Shown: positions 1 through 10,221 of the stretch, piece after piece | How positions within the stretch are numbered: position 1 is the stretch's first letter | How the letters are laid out: every line of letters starts with the position of its first letter | DNA from: Candidatus Cloacimonadales bacterium | GTDB taxonomy: Bacteria; Cloacimonadota; Cloacimonadia; Cloacimonadales; JAIOQZ01 | Assembly (NCBI GenBank): GCA_963665815.1 | Contig: OY762463.1 | Coordinates: forward strand, 256,001-320,000 | Reading direction: 5' to 3' | DNA length: 64,000 nt | The notes under the pieces: model-generated | What the model was told of the DNA's origin: nothing | Seen by the model: the letters and a program-made list of their open reading frames with translations, nothing else | Databases searched by the model: none | Translations under genes and position numbers: made by a program

Positions 1-704
1 ATTAACAAACTTACAGAATTATGATTATCGACATTAGAGTATATAGGTTCAATATAAGTTGCTAGTCTGTCCGCAATAACTACTTTTTTTATCATACCCC
101 AGAGTATAAGTCTGAAACCGCTGATTGCTCTTTGACTATCAAAAACCTTTTCTTTACTAAATTGGGGTAAGAGGTGTGAGGCTCTCTCAATTGGACCTGC
201 GACAAGTTGTGGGAAAAAACTAACAAAAGCGAAAAAATCAATAATACTGTCTGTAGGTTCAAATTCTTTTTTATAAATGTCTATTGTGTAGCTAAGTGTC
301 TGGAATGTATAAAAACTAATTCCTACCGGTAGTATTACATTCATCCTATTGAATTGAATTTCTTTGCCTAAAAAAGTAAAAGCTGTACAAAAACTTTCAA
401 TAAAGAAGTTGAAGTATTTGAAGTAAAGTAGCATACCCAGATTAACAAACAAGCTTATCAGTAATAGTATTTTTCTTTTCCTTTGCTCTGGGGTTGCAAA
501 AAGAACTTTACCAATATGAAAATCCAGATATGAGCTGATAACGATTAAGATTAGAAATCTCCAATCCCACCAACCATAAAAAATGTAACTGGCAATTACA
601 AGAAAAGTGTTTCTCATTTTTATACTTGTTCTATTAGAAAAGTACCAGTACAAAATAAATACTATCGGAAAAAAAATTAGAAATTCAATTGAATTGAATA
701 ACAT
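1..704 (-). CDS. MBOAT family O-acyltransferase (AlgI/DltB-like), 3' part runs off the window edge
   Basis: Absent from the ORF track; translated by hand from ATG 704: MLFNSIEFLIFFPIVF...YFKYFNFF...LPVGISFYTFQTLSYTIDIY...FFPQLVAGPIERA, typical AlgI-type motifs. Confidence 0.9.
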   Translation of the reverse strand, partial: MLFNSIEFLIFFPIVFILYWYFSNRTSIKMRNTFLVIASYIFYGWWDWRFLILIVISSYLDFHIGKVLFATPEQRKRKILLLISLFVNLGMLLYFKYFNFFIESFCTAFTFLGKEIQFNRMNVILPVGISFYTFQTLSYTIDIYKKEFEPTDSIIDFFAFVSFFPQLVAGPIERASHLLPQFSKEKVFDSQRAISGFRLILWGMIKKVVIADRLATYIEPIYSNVDNHNSVSLL

Positions 705-825
705 TTAGACGTCCCCTGATTAAAATAATGAGCATCTCTAAATATGCTCAATTCAAGGTTTGAATGATGTTGAATTATGTCAAATAAAATATGAGATGAA
801 TCATTGAGATATCATGAAGGTTATG

Positions 826-854
826 AAAAAAAGACTGCATTGAAAGCAGTCTTT
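826..854 (-). terminator. Intrinsic terminator downstream of pfkA
   Basis: aaagactgc-attgaaa-gcagtcttt hairpin; the A-run at 826-832 is a U-tail on the minus strand. Confidence 0.8.
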
Positions 855-876
855 AATAAAGATTTACATTGAGAAT

Positions 877-1995
877 CTATGAATAAATCACCGGAATTTC
901 ATCTCCGAGGCAAACACCAAGTCCTCTTGCTGTTTTTATTATGTTTGATTCAGGATCAATGAAATTGTAATTTTTTATAGCTTTTTTCAATGGTACGGCA
1001 ACAATGTTAGGATGCTTGTAAGCAACCATTTTACCAAAGTCTTTCTGCATTACAAGTTCAAATGCCTTAACACCGAATTGAGTTGCAAGAACTCTGTCAT
1101 AAGCACATGGTGTTCCTCCACGTTGGAGGTGACCAAGTATTGATACTCTGGTGGATGCCTGAAGACCGGCAGCTTTAAGTTCTGCATTAAGTCTGTTAGC
1201 CGCTCCCTTAAGAATAAGATTCTGATATCCGACTTCATTGCTGGATTCAAAAGAAAGCTCGCCGCCAATCGATTTTGCTCCCTCTGCAATTACTATGTTG
1301 CAGAAACCAACACCGCTGTCGTATCTTCTGCGGATTACTTCAAGGACTACTTCTATGTCATATGGTACTTCAGGAATAAGACATATTTCAGCTCCACCTG
1401 CAATTGCAGCGTAAATAGCAATCCAGCCTGCAGATCTTCCCATAACCTCCAGAATCATAGTTCTGTTATGACTTTCTGCAGTGGATACAAGTTTATCAAC
1501 AGCATCGGAGGCAATTTCTACGGCAGTCTGAAATCCAAATGTGAAGTCTGTTGACTGCAGGTCATTATCAATTGTCTTTGGAACTCCAATAATATTACAG
1601 CCTTTCTCATATAGTATCTGAGATATCCTCTGAGAACCATCACCACCAATGTTAATCACGGCATCAAAGTTATGTATCTGCAGCTTCTTGACAAGTTCAT
1701 CAGTTCTGTCAACTTCACCCCAGGATCCATCACTTTTTTTAACTGGCCAGTGAAGAGGACCACCTTTATTAGTAGTACGAATAATAGTTCCACCCTTTAC
1801 ATGAATACCGCTGACTGCTTCAAGATTTAGATCGACCAGATTCATTGGTTCTGTAAGAAATCCATTAAAAGCCTCTATTGAACCAACAACCTCCCAGTCT
1901 CTTTCTAAGGAAGCTCTCTTTACGATTGCCCTGATAACAGCATTTAATCCGGGACAGTCACCCCCGCCGGTCAGAACCAGAACTCTTTTTTTCAT
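877..1995 (-). CDS. pfkA: 6-phosphofructokinase (PfkA family, group III-like)
   Basis: TGGGDCPGLNAVIR, GGDGS, PKTIDND, EVMGR, LGHLQRGG motifs. Confidence 0.93.
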   Translation of the reverse strand: MKKRVLVLTGGGDCPGLNAVIRAIVKRASLERDWEVVGSIEAFNGFLTEPMNLVDLNLEAVSGIHVKGGTIIRTTNKGGPLHWPVKKSDGSWGEVDRTDELVKKLQIHNFDAVINIGGDGSQRISQILYEKGCNIIGVPKTIDNDLQSTDFTFGFQTAVEIASDAVDKLVSTAESHNRTMILEVMGRSAGWIAIYAAIAGGAEICLIPEVPYDIEVVLEVIRRRYDSGVGFCNIVIAEGAKSIGGELSFESSNEVGYQNLILKGAANRLNAELKAAGLQASTRVSILGHLQRGGTPCAYDRVLATQFGVKAFELVMQKDFGKMVAYKHPNIVAVPLKKAIKNYNFIDPESNIIKTARGLGVCLGDEIPVIYS

Positions 1996-2053
1996 ATATA
2001 ACCTCGCAAAATATCATAAATTTTTATGAATATATAAATTAGTATACGTTAAT

Positions 2054-2081
2054 AATGTACAGTTGATAAGGAAAGTGTCAA
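2054..2081 (-). promoter_or_regulatory. Putative sigma70 promoter of pfkA
   Basis: Minus strand TTGACA-16 nt-TACATT about 60 nt upstream of the start. Confidence 0.55.
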
Positions 2082-2099
2082 TTTTTTAAAATTGTAGGA

Positions 2100-3467
2100 T
2101 CAGATAATCTGTTCTTCTTCAACAGGTAAGTTTTCTGCATAAAAGAGAAAACGGTTTTTCCCTGCCTGTTTTGCTCTGTACATGGCAAGGTCAGCATTGT
2201 TTATCAGATTGATAACGTTGTCAGTATCATCAGGATAAATACTTATTCCAAGAGATGCGGAAACATGAATATCCTGCTGCTGAATCATATAATTCTTTGA
2301 TACATCATTGATAATACGGTTTGCAATGTGTTGGGTATTTATCCGCTTTTTTACATCCGGAAGAATAATAGCAAATTCATCACCACCGAGCCTGGCAACA
2401 GTATCAACTTTACGAACAGCACTTTTGAGACGTTCTGCAACATGTTTGAGAAGAATATCTCCCACATTATGTCCGTATGTATCATTAACTGCCTTAAAAC
2501 CATCAAGATCAATAAACATAACAGCAGTTTTGGTTTTAAATCGATTAGTCTGGGCTATTGCCTGATGAAGCCTGTCCTGGAAAAGTACTCTGTTTGGGAT
2601 ACCCGTGATAGCATCATGGTGAGCAATATGAAGTAATTCTGTCTCAAGTTCTTTACGTTCATGAATGTTTACTTGTGTTCCCACGATACGAATAGCCTCC
2701 CCGTCAGAATTCCATACAGCTTGGGCTCTGTATGCAAACCACATATATTCTTCGATTTTTGATTTTAATCTAATCTCTATATAAAAACTAACAACCTGTC
2801 TTTTGAGATATTTATCCAGTTCATCCTGGAATTTTTGAAGATCGTCTTCATGTATCAGACTATAAAAGTCTGCTTTAGTGTTTATTACATCTTCGTCATC
2901 ATATGCAAGAGCGTCTTTCCAGTGGGTGGAGAAGAACATCTCATCTGTTCTCAAGTTAAGATCCCAGATTCCCTCGTTAGTAGACTGCATGATAATTTTC
3001 CAGCGCTCTTCCAATGCATCAAGTTCTGTAGACGTCTCTTCATATTGTGTCTTCAGTTGATCTCTTTCCATTCTCAGTTTTTCTTCAGAAGCTTTCAGTC
3101 TCAGCATGGATTTTATCTGAGCAATAAGTTCAGCGATATGTACAGGCTTGTTAAGAAAAGTATCGGCACCAGCTTCAAGAGTTTTAATCTTGAGTTTACT
3201 TTGGGTATTCATCCCGGTGATTATTATTATTGGAATATATTGCGTCTCAGGATTTGCTCTTATAGCAGTACATAACTCAAGACCTGACTTATCCGGTAGA
3301 ATAAGATCAAGAAGAATCAATGATGGATTCTTGGTCATGACAAGTTCAAGTCCCAACATTCCTGTTGGAGCTGTAATAACTTCAATATCAGGCAAATATT
3401 CTTTTATTATATCACTGAATGTTTCAAGTATAAAGCGATCGTCGTCTATTATAAGTATTCTTTCCAT
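2100..3467 (-). CDS. Response regulator receiver-PAS-GGDEF diguanylate cyclase
   Basis: N-terminal REC (IIDDD...LLDLILP...KP), PAS/PAC, intact FIDLDGFK.VND.YGH..GD and RLGGDEF. Confidence 0.93.
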   Translation of the reverse strand: MERILIIDDDRFILETFSDIIKEYLPDIEVITAPTGMLGLELVMTKNPSLILLDLILPDKSGLELCTAIRANPETQYIPIIIITGMNTQSKLKIKTLEAGADTFLNKPVHIAELIAQIKSMLRLKASEEKLRMERDQLKTQYEETSTELDALEERWKIIMQSTNEGIWDLNLRTDEMFFSTHWKDALAYDDEDVINTKADFYSLIHEDDLQKFQDELDKYLKRQVVSFYIEIRLKSKIEEYMWFAYRAQAVWNSDGEAIRIVGTQVNIHERKELETELLHIAHHDAITGIPNRVLFQDRLHQAIAQTNRFKTKTAVMFIDLDGFKAVNDTYGHNVGDILLKHVAERLKSAVRKVDTVARLGGDEFAIILPDVKKRINTQHIANRIINDVSKNYMIQQQDIHVSASLGISIYPDDTDNVINLINNADLAMYRAKQAGKNRFLFYAENLPVEEEQII

Positions 3468-3832
3468 AACTTTTCACTAGTTTTTTCTTAAACATACTGA
3501 ATATACATTGTTTGTGTCAAGTTTATTATTGTGTCAACTTTGTTAAAGTTTAAAAATGATATGGTTATTGAGATAGACATCGCAGTTAAAAGGAATAAGT
3601 GAATAACTCTAACTGTCAGAAATAAAACGTATTACATGGTTAGTATGTATGCTATGTTATAAAATTGAATCAATTTCAAAAAAATGTTAAAAACATGATG
3701 AGATATTGAAAAAGATACCATATTTCACTACATATTAATAATAATTACACAAACCTTCATTTTACAGATAAAGACTTGACATTTTTAGTATCTTGCAATC
3801 GTATTTTCTGATGAATATAAACAGGAGTGAAA

Positions 3833-4219
3833 ATGAACTCAGATAAATGTGGACATATATACGGAAATTCAAATAATCCAATTATTAATATGCTTAAAAT
3901 AAGGCTTTGCGACTATATTGAGGGGCATTTGCAAAATCCTGAAAATCTGAGACTTCTTGCCGGACAATACAGAATTGATTCTCAACCAGAAAATGAAACT
4001 AAGGATTTTGAGTTTTATGTACAGCTGGAAAAGCTTGTACAGCGTGGGATTAGCGAAGGTTTATTCAGGGATCAGAACGTTGATTCTGTAGTTCAGTTTT
4101 TGTGGGCTTCTGTGTTTGGACTTAGCTGCCTGCTTGTACTCAGACATGGATTCCCATGGCAGGATGATATTGTGGAATCATCTGTATCTCAGATGATAAA
4201 TTCTTTGCTTTCGTTGTAA
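3833..4219 (+). CDS. Stand-alone TetR C-terminal (WHG-like) domain protein with no HTH
   Basis: YIEGHLQNPENLRLL...GISEGLFR...LWASVFGLSCLL..GFPW resembles TetR_C/WHG; AGGAG precedes ATG 3833. Confidence 0.55.
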   Translation: MNSDKCGHIYGNSNNPIINMLKIRLCDYIEGHLQNPENLRLLAGQYRIDSQPENETKDFEFYVQLEKLVQRGISEGLFRDQNVDSVVQFLWASVFGLSCLLVLRHGFPWQDDIVESSVSQMINSLLSL

Positions 4220-4240
4220 TTATTACAGAATGGAGTGCTC

Positions 4241-5137
4241 ATGAATTTCAAAAAGATTCTTTTCTTTTTATCTTTTATTCTTGTCTATCTGATAGTAAAA
4301 GAAGCAATTATCTTGACCTCTGCATGCTTCGGAATCAATCAGTACTTTGGTTATGCTGTAGTAATGATTATCTTTGGATTTCTAATCTGGTTCGGAGTCA
4401 TCCCGCTTATGAAGATGCTCCGATACAAAGCTGTATTTTCTCCTGTAAGATCGGAAGGCCTGATTCAGGAAAATCTGCATCAGCGGCTTGTTCACCTGAG
4501 AGATAATCCTAAACTTGCAGTCATTGCTGAAGCAGGAGATTTATCAGGGATGGATTTGTATGATAAGTATATGGTTGAATTACATGTGCATACGGAAAAA
4601 ATCAGAAGCAAATACGTTTCCCGTTTATTTATGAGTACAGCTGTTTCACAGAATGGATTTCTTGATGCTGTTCTGATATTCTCTGCCAGTGTAAATCTGG
4701 TTAAAGAAATATTCAAATTGTATAATGGGCGTGTTAACAACAGGGATATTCTCGTAATATTTAAAAAGATATATTACTCAATCGCAATTGGTGGATCAGA
4801 AGGTGTCGAAATCGCTGCAAACGAAATCTATTCAAAGCTGGCAAATGAAAGTATTCGAAAAATTCCATTCCTGAACATGATTACAGGCTCCTTATGTGAT
4901 GGTTTTGTTAATGCAGCTCTTTTAACAAGAGTGGCATTAATCACAGAAAACTATTGCAGCAAAATTTATATCAACAGGGACAGAGACCTGTATCCATCTC
5001 CTACATTTATTGTGAAAACAACAAAACACATTGTGACAGGCAGTATGGATATGTTTAGAAAAGAAGAAGAGAATGGTCATAGTGTAAAATCAGTTTTTTC
5101 TCGATTCAGGACTTTACTGAAAGGGAAAGAAGAATAA
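4241..5137 (+). CDS. DUF697/YcjF-like membrane protein
   Basis: Two N-terminal TM segments; TAVSQNGFLDA, lvkeIfkLYngR, DGFVNAALLTRV patterns. Confidence 0.7.
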   Translation: MNFKKILFFLSFILVYLIVKEAIILTSACFGINQYFGYAVVMIIFGFLIWFGVIPLMKMLRYKAVFSPVRSEGLIQENLHQRLVHLRDNPKLAVIAEAGDLSGMDLYDKYMVELHVHTEKIRSKYVSRLFMSTAVSQNGFLDAVLIFSASVNLVKEIFKLYNGRVNNRDILVIFKKIYYSIAIGGSEGVEIAANEIYSKLANESIRKIPFLNMITGSLCDGFVNAALLTRVALITENYCSKIYINRDRDLYPSPTFIVKTTKHIVTGSMDMFRKEEENGHSVKSVFSRFRTLLKGKEE

Positions 5138-5212
5138 ATTCTGATTTATGCACTAAATATGTATTTAGGAATATTTCTTGCAATATCTGAAGAAAACTTC
5201 TGAAGAGGACTT

Positions 5213-6112
5213 ATGAAAACAGTTGTAATAGTTATTGTTCTTGTATTAGTAATAATGGGTTCATTCCTGTTAATTGCAAACATTCTTGCGAATGATCCTG
5301 AGGAGATAGAAGTCTCGGAAGAAAAGAAACCGGTTAGTGGATCTGTAAGAGGATTTGTGAGATATGGTTTAGGTAAAGGTCATCCTCTGGAAGGAGTAGA
5401 AGTTAAATTTGGAGAGTTGAGTATGACTACCGGGATTGACGGATATTACAGCTTTAACAATCTCGCTGAGACTGAAGATAGATTGTATTTTTTTAAAGAA
5501 GATTATTATCACCTTCCCGAGGATGTAAAAGTGTATGGTGATACGGTAATTGTGAACATCAGCATGACGTCTGAAAAATATGTGAGGGATATTTCCGGAT
5601 TTATAAGAAATTTTGATAATAGCATACCGGTTTCCGAAGCAGAAATTATCCTTGAGTCTGAGAAAGCAGTTACTGATGATGAAGGTCGGTTTGAGCTCAG
5701 TGGAATTCCATTCAGTGCATATAGAGTCATAGTTAAACATAAGGATTTTCATTCCTATGATACTACAGGAGTAGTTATAAATAACAAATATGTGCCTGTT
5801 ACTTGTTATGTTAAACCTGGCAAACCTGTAATAAAATGGATCAAAGCAAGAACGTATCAGCTCAAGGAAGAAAATTATCATTGGACTCTGGATATTAAAA
5901 CAAAAGTGTTTGATCATGTTGGAATTAAGTATGTTTTCTGCACAGGAGTGTTTGTGGGGAATAATGAGGATTACAAACTATATTGTGAACCTGAAGAGAA
6001 TGGAGTGTATGCGCTTTTATATAAAGGATCTAGAAGATATAAACCACAATGGCTGCATGTTGTTGATGATGAAGATTTTGAAACAGTGGAAGAGATATTT
6101 TACGAGGATTAG
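5213..6112 (+). CDS. Membrane-anchored protein with two carboxypeptidase-regulatory-like (prealbumin-fold) domains
   Basis: N-terminal hydrophobic anchor; repeated G.V...P+.G..V......T..dG.y.+..+ units. Confidence 0.7.
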   Translation: MKTVVIVIVLVLVIMGSFLLIANILANDPEEIEVSEEKKPVSGSVRGFVRYGLGKGHPLEGVEVKFGELSMTTGIDGYYSFNNLAETEDRLYFFKEDYYHLPEDVKVYGDTVIVNISMTSEKYVRDISGFIRNFDNSIPVSEAEIILESEKAVTDDEGRFELSGIPFSAYRVIVKHKDFHSYDTTGVVINNKYVPVTCYVKPGKPVIKWIKARTYQLKEENYHWTLDIKTKVFDHVGIKYVFCTGVFVGNNEDYKLYCEPEENGVYALLYKGSRRYKPQWLHVVDDEDFETVEEIFYED

Positions 6113-6221
6113 TGGTGGATTTACAGCTGATTCTCATGACACAATTTTGCATAATCAGTATTAAAAACAATTTACTGGACATTTTTGAAAGAGTTTTACG
6201 ATAGTCGCTTTTGAGGATGAT

Positions 6222-7382
6222 ATGAGTAAAAAAATATTCTGGCTTGCCGGTGAGAAATCCGGTGATATCCATGCTGCTGGAGCAATTGCTGCCTGTAATA
6301 GAAATATTTCTGATGTTGAACATATCGGGATAGGTGGTCCGGCAATGCAGGAACAGGGTCTGAAACCCATTTTTCAGTTTGATCGTTTTCAGGTAATGGG
6401 ATTTCTGGAAGTCGTGAAGCATCTGGCTTTTTTCCGGAATGTAGAGAAAAAGATACTACATAGATTCAAGACTGATCCACCTGATCTGGCTGTAATGGTT
6501 GATTATCCGGGATTGAACATGCGTATTGCCAGAATGGCTGAAGAACATGAAATTCCGGTACTCTGGTACATTTGTCCTCAATTCTGGGCGTGGAAGTTCA
6601 AAAGAATCTATAAATTAAGAGATTACACTCGTCACGTTGCCTGTATTCTTCCATTTGAAGAAGAAATCCTCAAACGACACAGACTCAATGCAACTTACGT
6701 TGGACATCCAATTGCTGAAGAAATAAAATTCGAGACAACTCGTGAGCAATTTGCAGTAAGATACAGCATTAATCATGAGAAACAATGGATAGGATTTTTC
6801 CCGGGATCAAGAGAAATGGAAATCAAACGGCTCCTTCCTGTTCATCTTGATGCAATTAAAAATATGCCCTCAGCTAATTATGAATTTCTTATTTCGAAAG
6901 CAGATTCTGTAAACTCTGATTTATTCTACAATATTTTAAAAGAGTCCGGGCTGGAGAACATTCATATTATTCTACAGGATAATTATGATATGATGAAGCA
7001 TTGTGATTTCCTGACAATAACATCAGGTACAGCAACAATTGAAGCTGCATACATCGGAACTCCTGCACTTATAACATATAAAGCAAACAGACTATCTTAT
7101 GAAATAGGGAAGAGGATAATCCGGATAGATAAAATCGGGCTTCCCAACATTATTATGGAAGAGATGGTTTTTCCTGAACTTATTCAGGATGATGCAAACG
7201 GAAGAAAAATAGCAGATACTATAATGCTTCATTTAAGTAAGAAAGAAATTCTTGATGAAACAAGAACACGTCTCAAAGAACTTCATAACATTCTCGGGGA
7301 CAGGAAAGCATCAAACACTGTTGCTGAGATTGCAGGGAAAATCCTGAAAAACAAAATGTGGATACCTGAATCAGATGTATAA
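6222..7382 (+). CDS. lpxB: Lipid-A-disaccharide synthase
   Basis: AGEKSGD, GIGGPAM, DYPGLN, PQFWAW, ILPFE, YVGHP, PGSR..EI, SGTATIE, GLPNII. Confidence 0.96.
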   Translation: MSKKIFWLAGEKSGDIHAAGAIAACNRNISDVEHIGIGGPAMQEQGLKPIFQFDRFQVMGFLEVVKHLAFFRNVEKKILHRFKTDPPDLAVMVDYPGLNMRIARMAEEHEIPVLWYICPQFWAWKFKRIYKLRDYTRHVACILPFEEEILKRHRLNATYVGHPIAEEIKFETTREQFAVRYSINHEKQWIGFFPGSREMEIKRLLPVHLDAIKNMPSANYEFLISKADSVNSDLFYNILKESGLENIHIILQDNYDMMKHCDFLTITSGTATIEAAYIGTPALITYKANRLSYEIGKRIIRIDKIGLPNIIMEEMVFPELIQDDANGRKIADTIMLHLSKKEILDETRTRLKELHNILGDRKASNTVAEIAGKILKNKMWIPESDV

Positions 7383-7980
7383 AGTAGGTTTGTTTTTTGT
7401 GAAATATCTCGGAGCAATGCTCGTCAAGTTAATGGGCATGTTCTGGCGATATGAGATTATCAATAAGAATCACAATGATCGTGTGTTATATCTGTTCTGG
7501 CACAGGAATATCCTTCCGCTTCTGTATTTACGCAGAGGAGAAGGTGTTGGTGTAATGATATCTTCCTCAAAAGATGGTGATTATGTTGCAGAACCTGCTA
7601 AGGTACTGGGATTCCGTCCAATACGCGGCTCAATAACCAGAGGTGGTGCAAAGGCTGCACGTGAGATGATTAAGTTTGCCAGAGAAAACAGTATCTGTAT
7701 TGTTCCTGATGGTCCGAAAGGTCCTGCCTGTAAAATTAAAAACGGCGCAGGGATTGTAGCATTATTGTCTGGACTTCCAATCATTCCGGCTGTCGTTCAC
7801 ATTGACAGGGAATGGGTTTTTAACTCATGGGATAGATTCCGCCTGCCAAAGCCATTCGCAAAGATTTATGTTGAGTATGGTAAAGAATATAAAATAGATG
7901 ATAAGAAAAAAATATCAGAAGTGTTGACAGAAATTGAAGCAGATATGAGCAAGACATTAGAAAAATATTCTACAAAATAA
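7375..7980 (+). CDS. DUF374 lysophospholipid acyltransferase-like protein (LpxJ-like)
   Basis: FWH, ISSSKDG, IRGS, PDGPKGP, NSWDRFRLPKPF; overlaps the lpxB stop. Confidence 0.85.
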   Translation: MYKVGLFFVKYLGAMLVKLMGMFWRYEIINKNHNDRVLYLFWHRNILPLLYLRRGEGVGVMISSSKDGDYVAEPAKVLGFRPIRGSITRGGAKAAREMIKFARENSICIVPDGPKGPACKIKNGAGIVALLSGLPIIPAVVHIDREWVFNSWDRFRLPKPFAKIYVEYGKEYKIDDKKKISEVLTEIEADMSKTLEKYSTK

Positions 7981-7996
7981 TATATACGAGGTAATT

Positions 7997-9193
7997 ATGC
8001 AATTATCAGATCGAGCCATGAATATTCAGGCATCTCCTATCAGAAAACTGATGCCGTTTGCTAACAAAGCAAAAAAGGATGGTGTACATATATATCACCT
8101 TAACATAGGGCAGCCGGATATTCATACTGCACCGGAAATGATGAGCGTTTTCAGAAACTTCGATGAAGTTATTCTGACATACGGACCATCTGACGGACTT
8201 CCAGAATATAAGACATCACTTGTTGAATACTACAAAATGAATAATATTGCTGTTAAAGAGAAGGATATCATTGTTACAACTGCCGGATCAGAAGCTATTA
8301 TTTTTGCTCTTATGGCAGTATGTAATGAAGGTGACGAAGTAATCGTTCCTGAACCGTTTTATGCGAACTATAATGGTTTTGCAACAATGGCAGGTGTTAC
8401 AATTGTTCCTTTGACAACACATGCAGAAGATGGATTTGAACTTCCTTCCAGTGAAAAGATAAAAGAGCTGATTACCGAAAGAACCAGAGCTATAATCATC
8501 TGTAATCCTGGAAACCCAACCGGAGCTGTTTATACTGAAGAACAATTACTCAGACTTGAAAAAATAGCCAAAGATTACAGTCTTTATATTATCTCTGATG
8601 AAGTTTACAGAGAGTATGTATATGATGGAATGAAGCATAAAAGTGTACTTACACTTTCGGATTTTGATGATCATGCTATTATGATAGACAGTATCTCAAA
8701 AAGATATAGTGCCTGCGGTGCAAGAATCGGTTGTATTGTCAGCAGAAATGAAAAGCTTATGAGCTGTGTTATGAGATTTGCACAAACAAGACTTTGTCCT
8801 CCTACACTTGAACAGCTTGCTGCAAATGCCGCTGCTAATCTTGGAGAAGAGTACTTCAAAGAAATTCATGCAGAATGGGATAAAAGACGTAATATTGTAT
8901 TCAACGAACTGGATAAAAACGAAGATATTATCTGTGTAAAGCCTAAAGGCGCATTCTATGTAATTGCCAAGCTTCCTATCAAGGATTCCGATCACTTTGC
9001 ACAATGGCTTCTCGAAGAATACAGACATGAAAACGAAACTGTAATGGTAGCTCCTTGTGCAGGTTTCTATGCAACTCCGGGACTTGGAAAAGATGAAATT
9101 CGTATCGCTTATGCACTTAACGAACATGACCTGAGAAAAGGAATGCATATCTTTACGAGTGCTCTCGCAGAATACAGAAAGCATTTTGAATAG
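7997..9193 (+). CDS. PLP-dependent class I/II (aspartate-type) aminotransferase
   Basis: LNIGQPD, CNPGNPTG, DEVYRE, SISKRYSACGARIG, PKGAFY. Confidence 0.92.
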   Translation: MQLSDRAMNIQASPIRKLMPFANKAKKDGVHIYHLNIGQPDIHTAPEMMSVFRNFDEVILTYGPSDGLPEYKTSLVEYYKMNNIAVKEKDIIVTTAGSEAIIFALMAVCNEGDEVIVPEPFYANYNGFATMAGVTIVPLTTHAEDGFELPSSEKIKELITERTRAIIICNPGNPTGAVYTEEQLLRLEKIAKDYSLYIISDEVYREYVYDGMKHKSVLTLSDFDDHAIMIDSISKRYSACGARIGCIVSRNEKLMSCVMRFAQTRLCPPTLEQLAANAAANLGEEYFKEIHAEWDKRRNIVFNELDKNEDIICVKPKGAFYVIAKLPIKDSDHFAQWLLEEYRHENETVMVAPCAGFYATPGLGKDEIRIAYALNEHDLRKGMHIFTSALAEYRKHFE

Positions 9194-9204
9194 AACTTAG
9201 ATAT

Positions 9205-9230
9205 AAGCCCTGCTTTGCGGGGCTTTTTTT
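9205..9230 (+). terminator. Intrinsic terminator
   Basis: aagccctgc-ttt-gcggggctt followed by a T run, just after the aminotransferase stop. Confidence 0.88.
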
Positions 9231-9241
9231 GAGGGATAACT

Positions 9242-10216
9242 ATGAATATGAGGTGGACTGCCGGCCTGTTACTGGTTGTGCTTTTGTTAGGTTGTTCGTA
9301 TAAAAATACTGACACTATATCGCTTACTCCTGTTGACTCCATTGAATACGGCGAGCAGTCTCAATTTGCATTATCATACATTATGGATATGGATATTGCA
9401 GACAACAAACTGTATATAGCTGATTTCGAGTTAATGACCTGTCACTCTTTCAACACTGATGATCTCAGCTATATATCGACCATCGGATCTTTGGGGAAAG
9501 GTCCCGGAGAGCTTCTGATGCCATGCGATATAGCGGTGATGAAAGATAGAATACTGATTGAAGAATATGGAAACAACAGGATTCAGGAATTCTATATAAG
9601 CGGAAATAGTATGTCGGTATACAGGGATTTTTCTCCAACATTAGTTACTAACAGTATGCAGGTTTATGAAGAAGAGGTTTACTTTCGGCAAAAGGTATTT
9701 AATAAAGAGGACAACTGGCTATTCCGTTATGCAAACGGAAATGCTGTGCCGGTCTCAGACCTAAGCAGTCTTTCCGATGAACTTATTGAGAAATACAAGT
9801 CCAGAGGTAGCATCCAGATTGATTACACGATAATAAAGAATACTGCTTACATGAGCTTCTCAAAGTATAATGATTTTTATAAGGTTAATCTGGATTCAGA
9901 AGATAAAGACTTGATTCCAATGCCTGATTTTGCAGTCCCTACCGGATATGTTTCCGTAACTCTCTGTAAAGCTGACGATGATTTGCTAATAATGCTCTAC
10001 AATGACAGCGGTGGGAAGATAACAACTGCAAATGGACAGGAATTCAATGATTTTGCCTGTGATACAATAATCCGCAGCACAACTGAAGGGAAATTGCTGG
10101 CAACTTATAGGATACCGCGCAGGACATACCTTTCTATGGTTTATGACCAAGGTTATCTTTTTATCTCGGAGCTTGAAGATGCTGTGGTTTATAAGTTTGG
10201 AATAGGGAGAACTTAA
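9242..10216 (+). CDS. 6-bladed beta-propeller (NHL-like) lipoprotein
   Basis: Lipobox LLGC; IGSLGKGPGEL motif shared with the array at 55.3-60.6 kb. Confidence 0.75.
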   Translation: MNMRWTAGLLLVVLLLGCSYKNTDTISLTPVDSIEYGEQSQFALSYIMDMDIADNKLYIADFELMTCHSFNTDDLSYISTIGSLGKGPGELLMPCDIAVMKDRILIEEYGNNRIQEFYISGNSMSVYRDFSPTLVTNSMQVYEEEVYFRQKVFNKEDNWLFRYANGNAVPVSDLSSLSDELIEKYKSRGSIQIDYTIIKNTAYMSFSKYNDFYKVNLDSEDKDLIPMPDFAVPTGYVSVTLCKADDDLLIMLYNDSGGKITTANGQEFNDFACDTIIRSTTEGKLLATYRIPRRTYLSMVYDQGYLFISELEDAVVYKFGIGRT

Positions 10217-10221
10217 TGGAA

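Noticed and set aside
729-765. Inverted repeats tgagcat/atgctca and attcaa/ttgaat upstream of the MBOAT gene
   Set aside because: Short, low in GC, and with no second instance to support an operator
3468-3826. Riboswitch or sRNA in the divergent promoter region
   Set aside because: AT-rich with only TTGACA-type promoter elements and no recognisable aptamer
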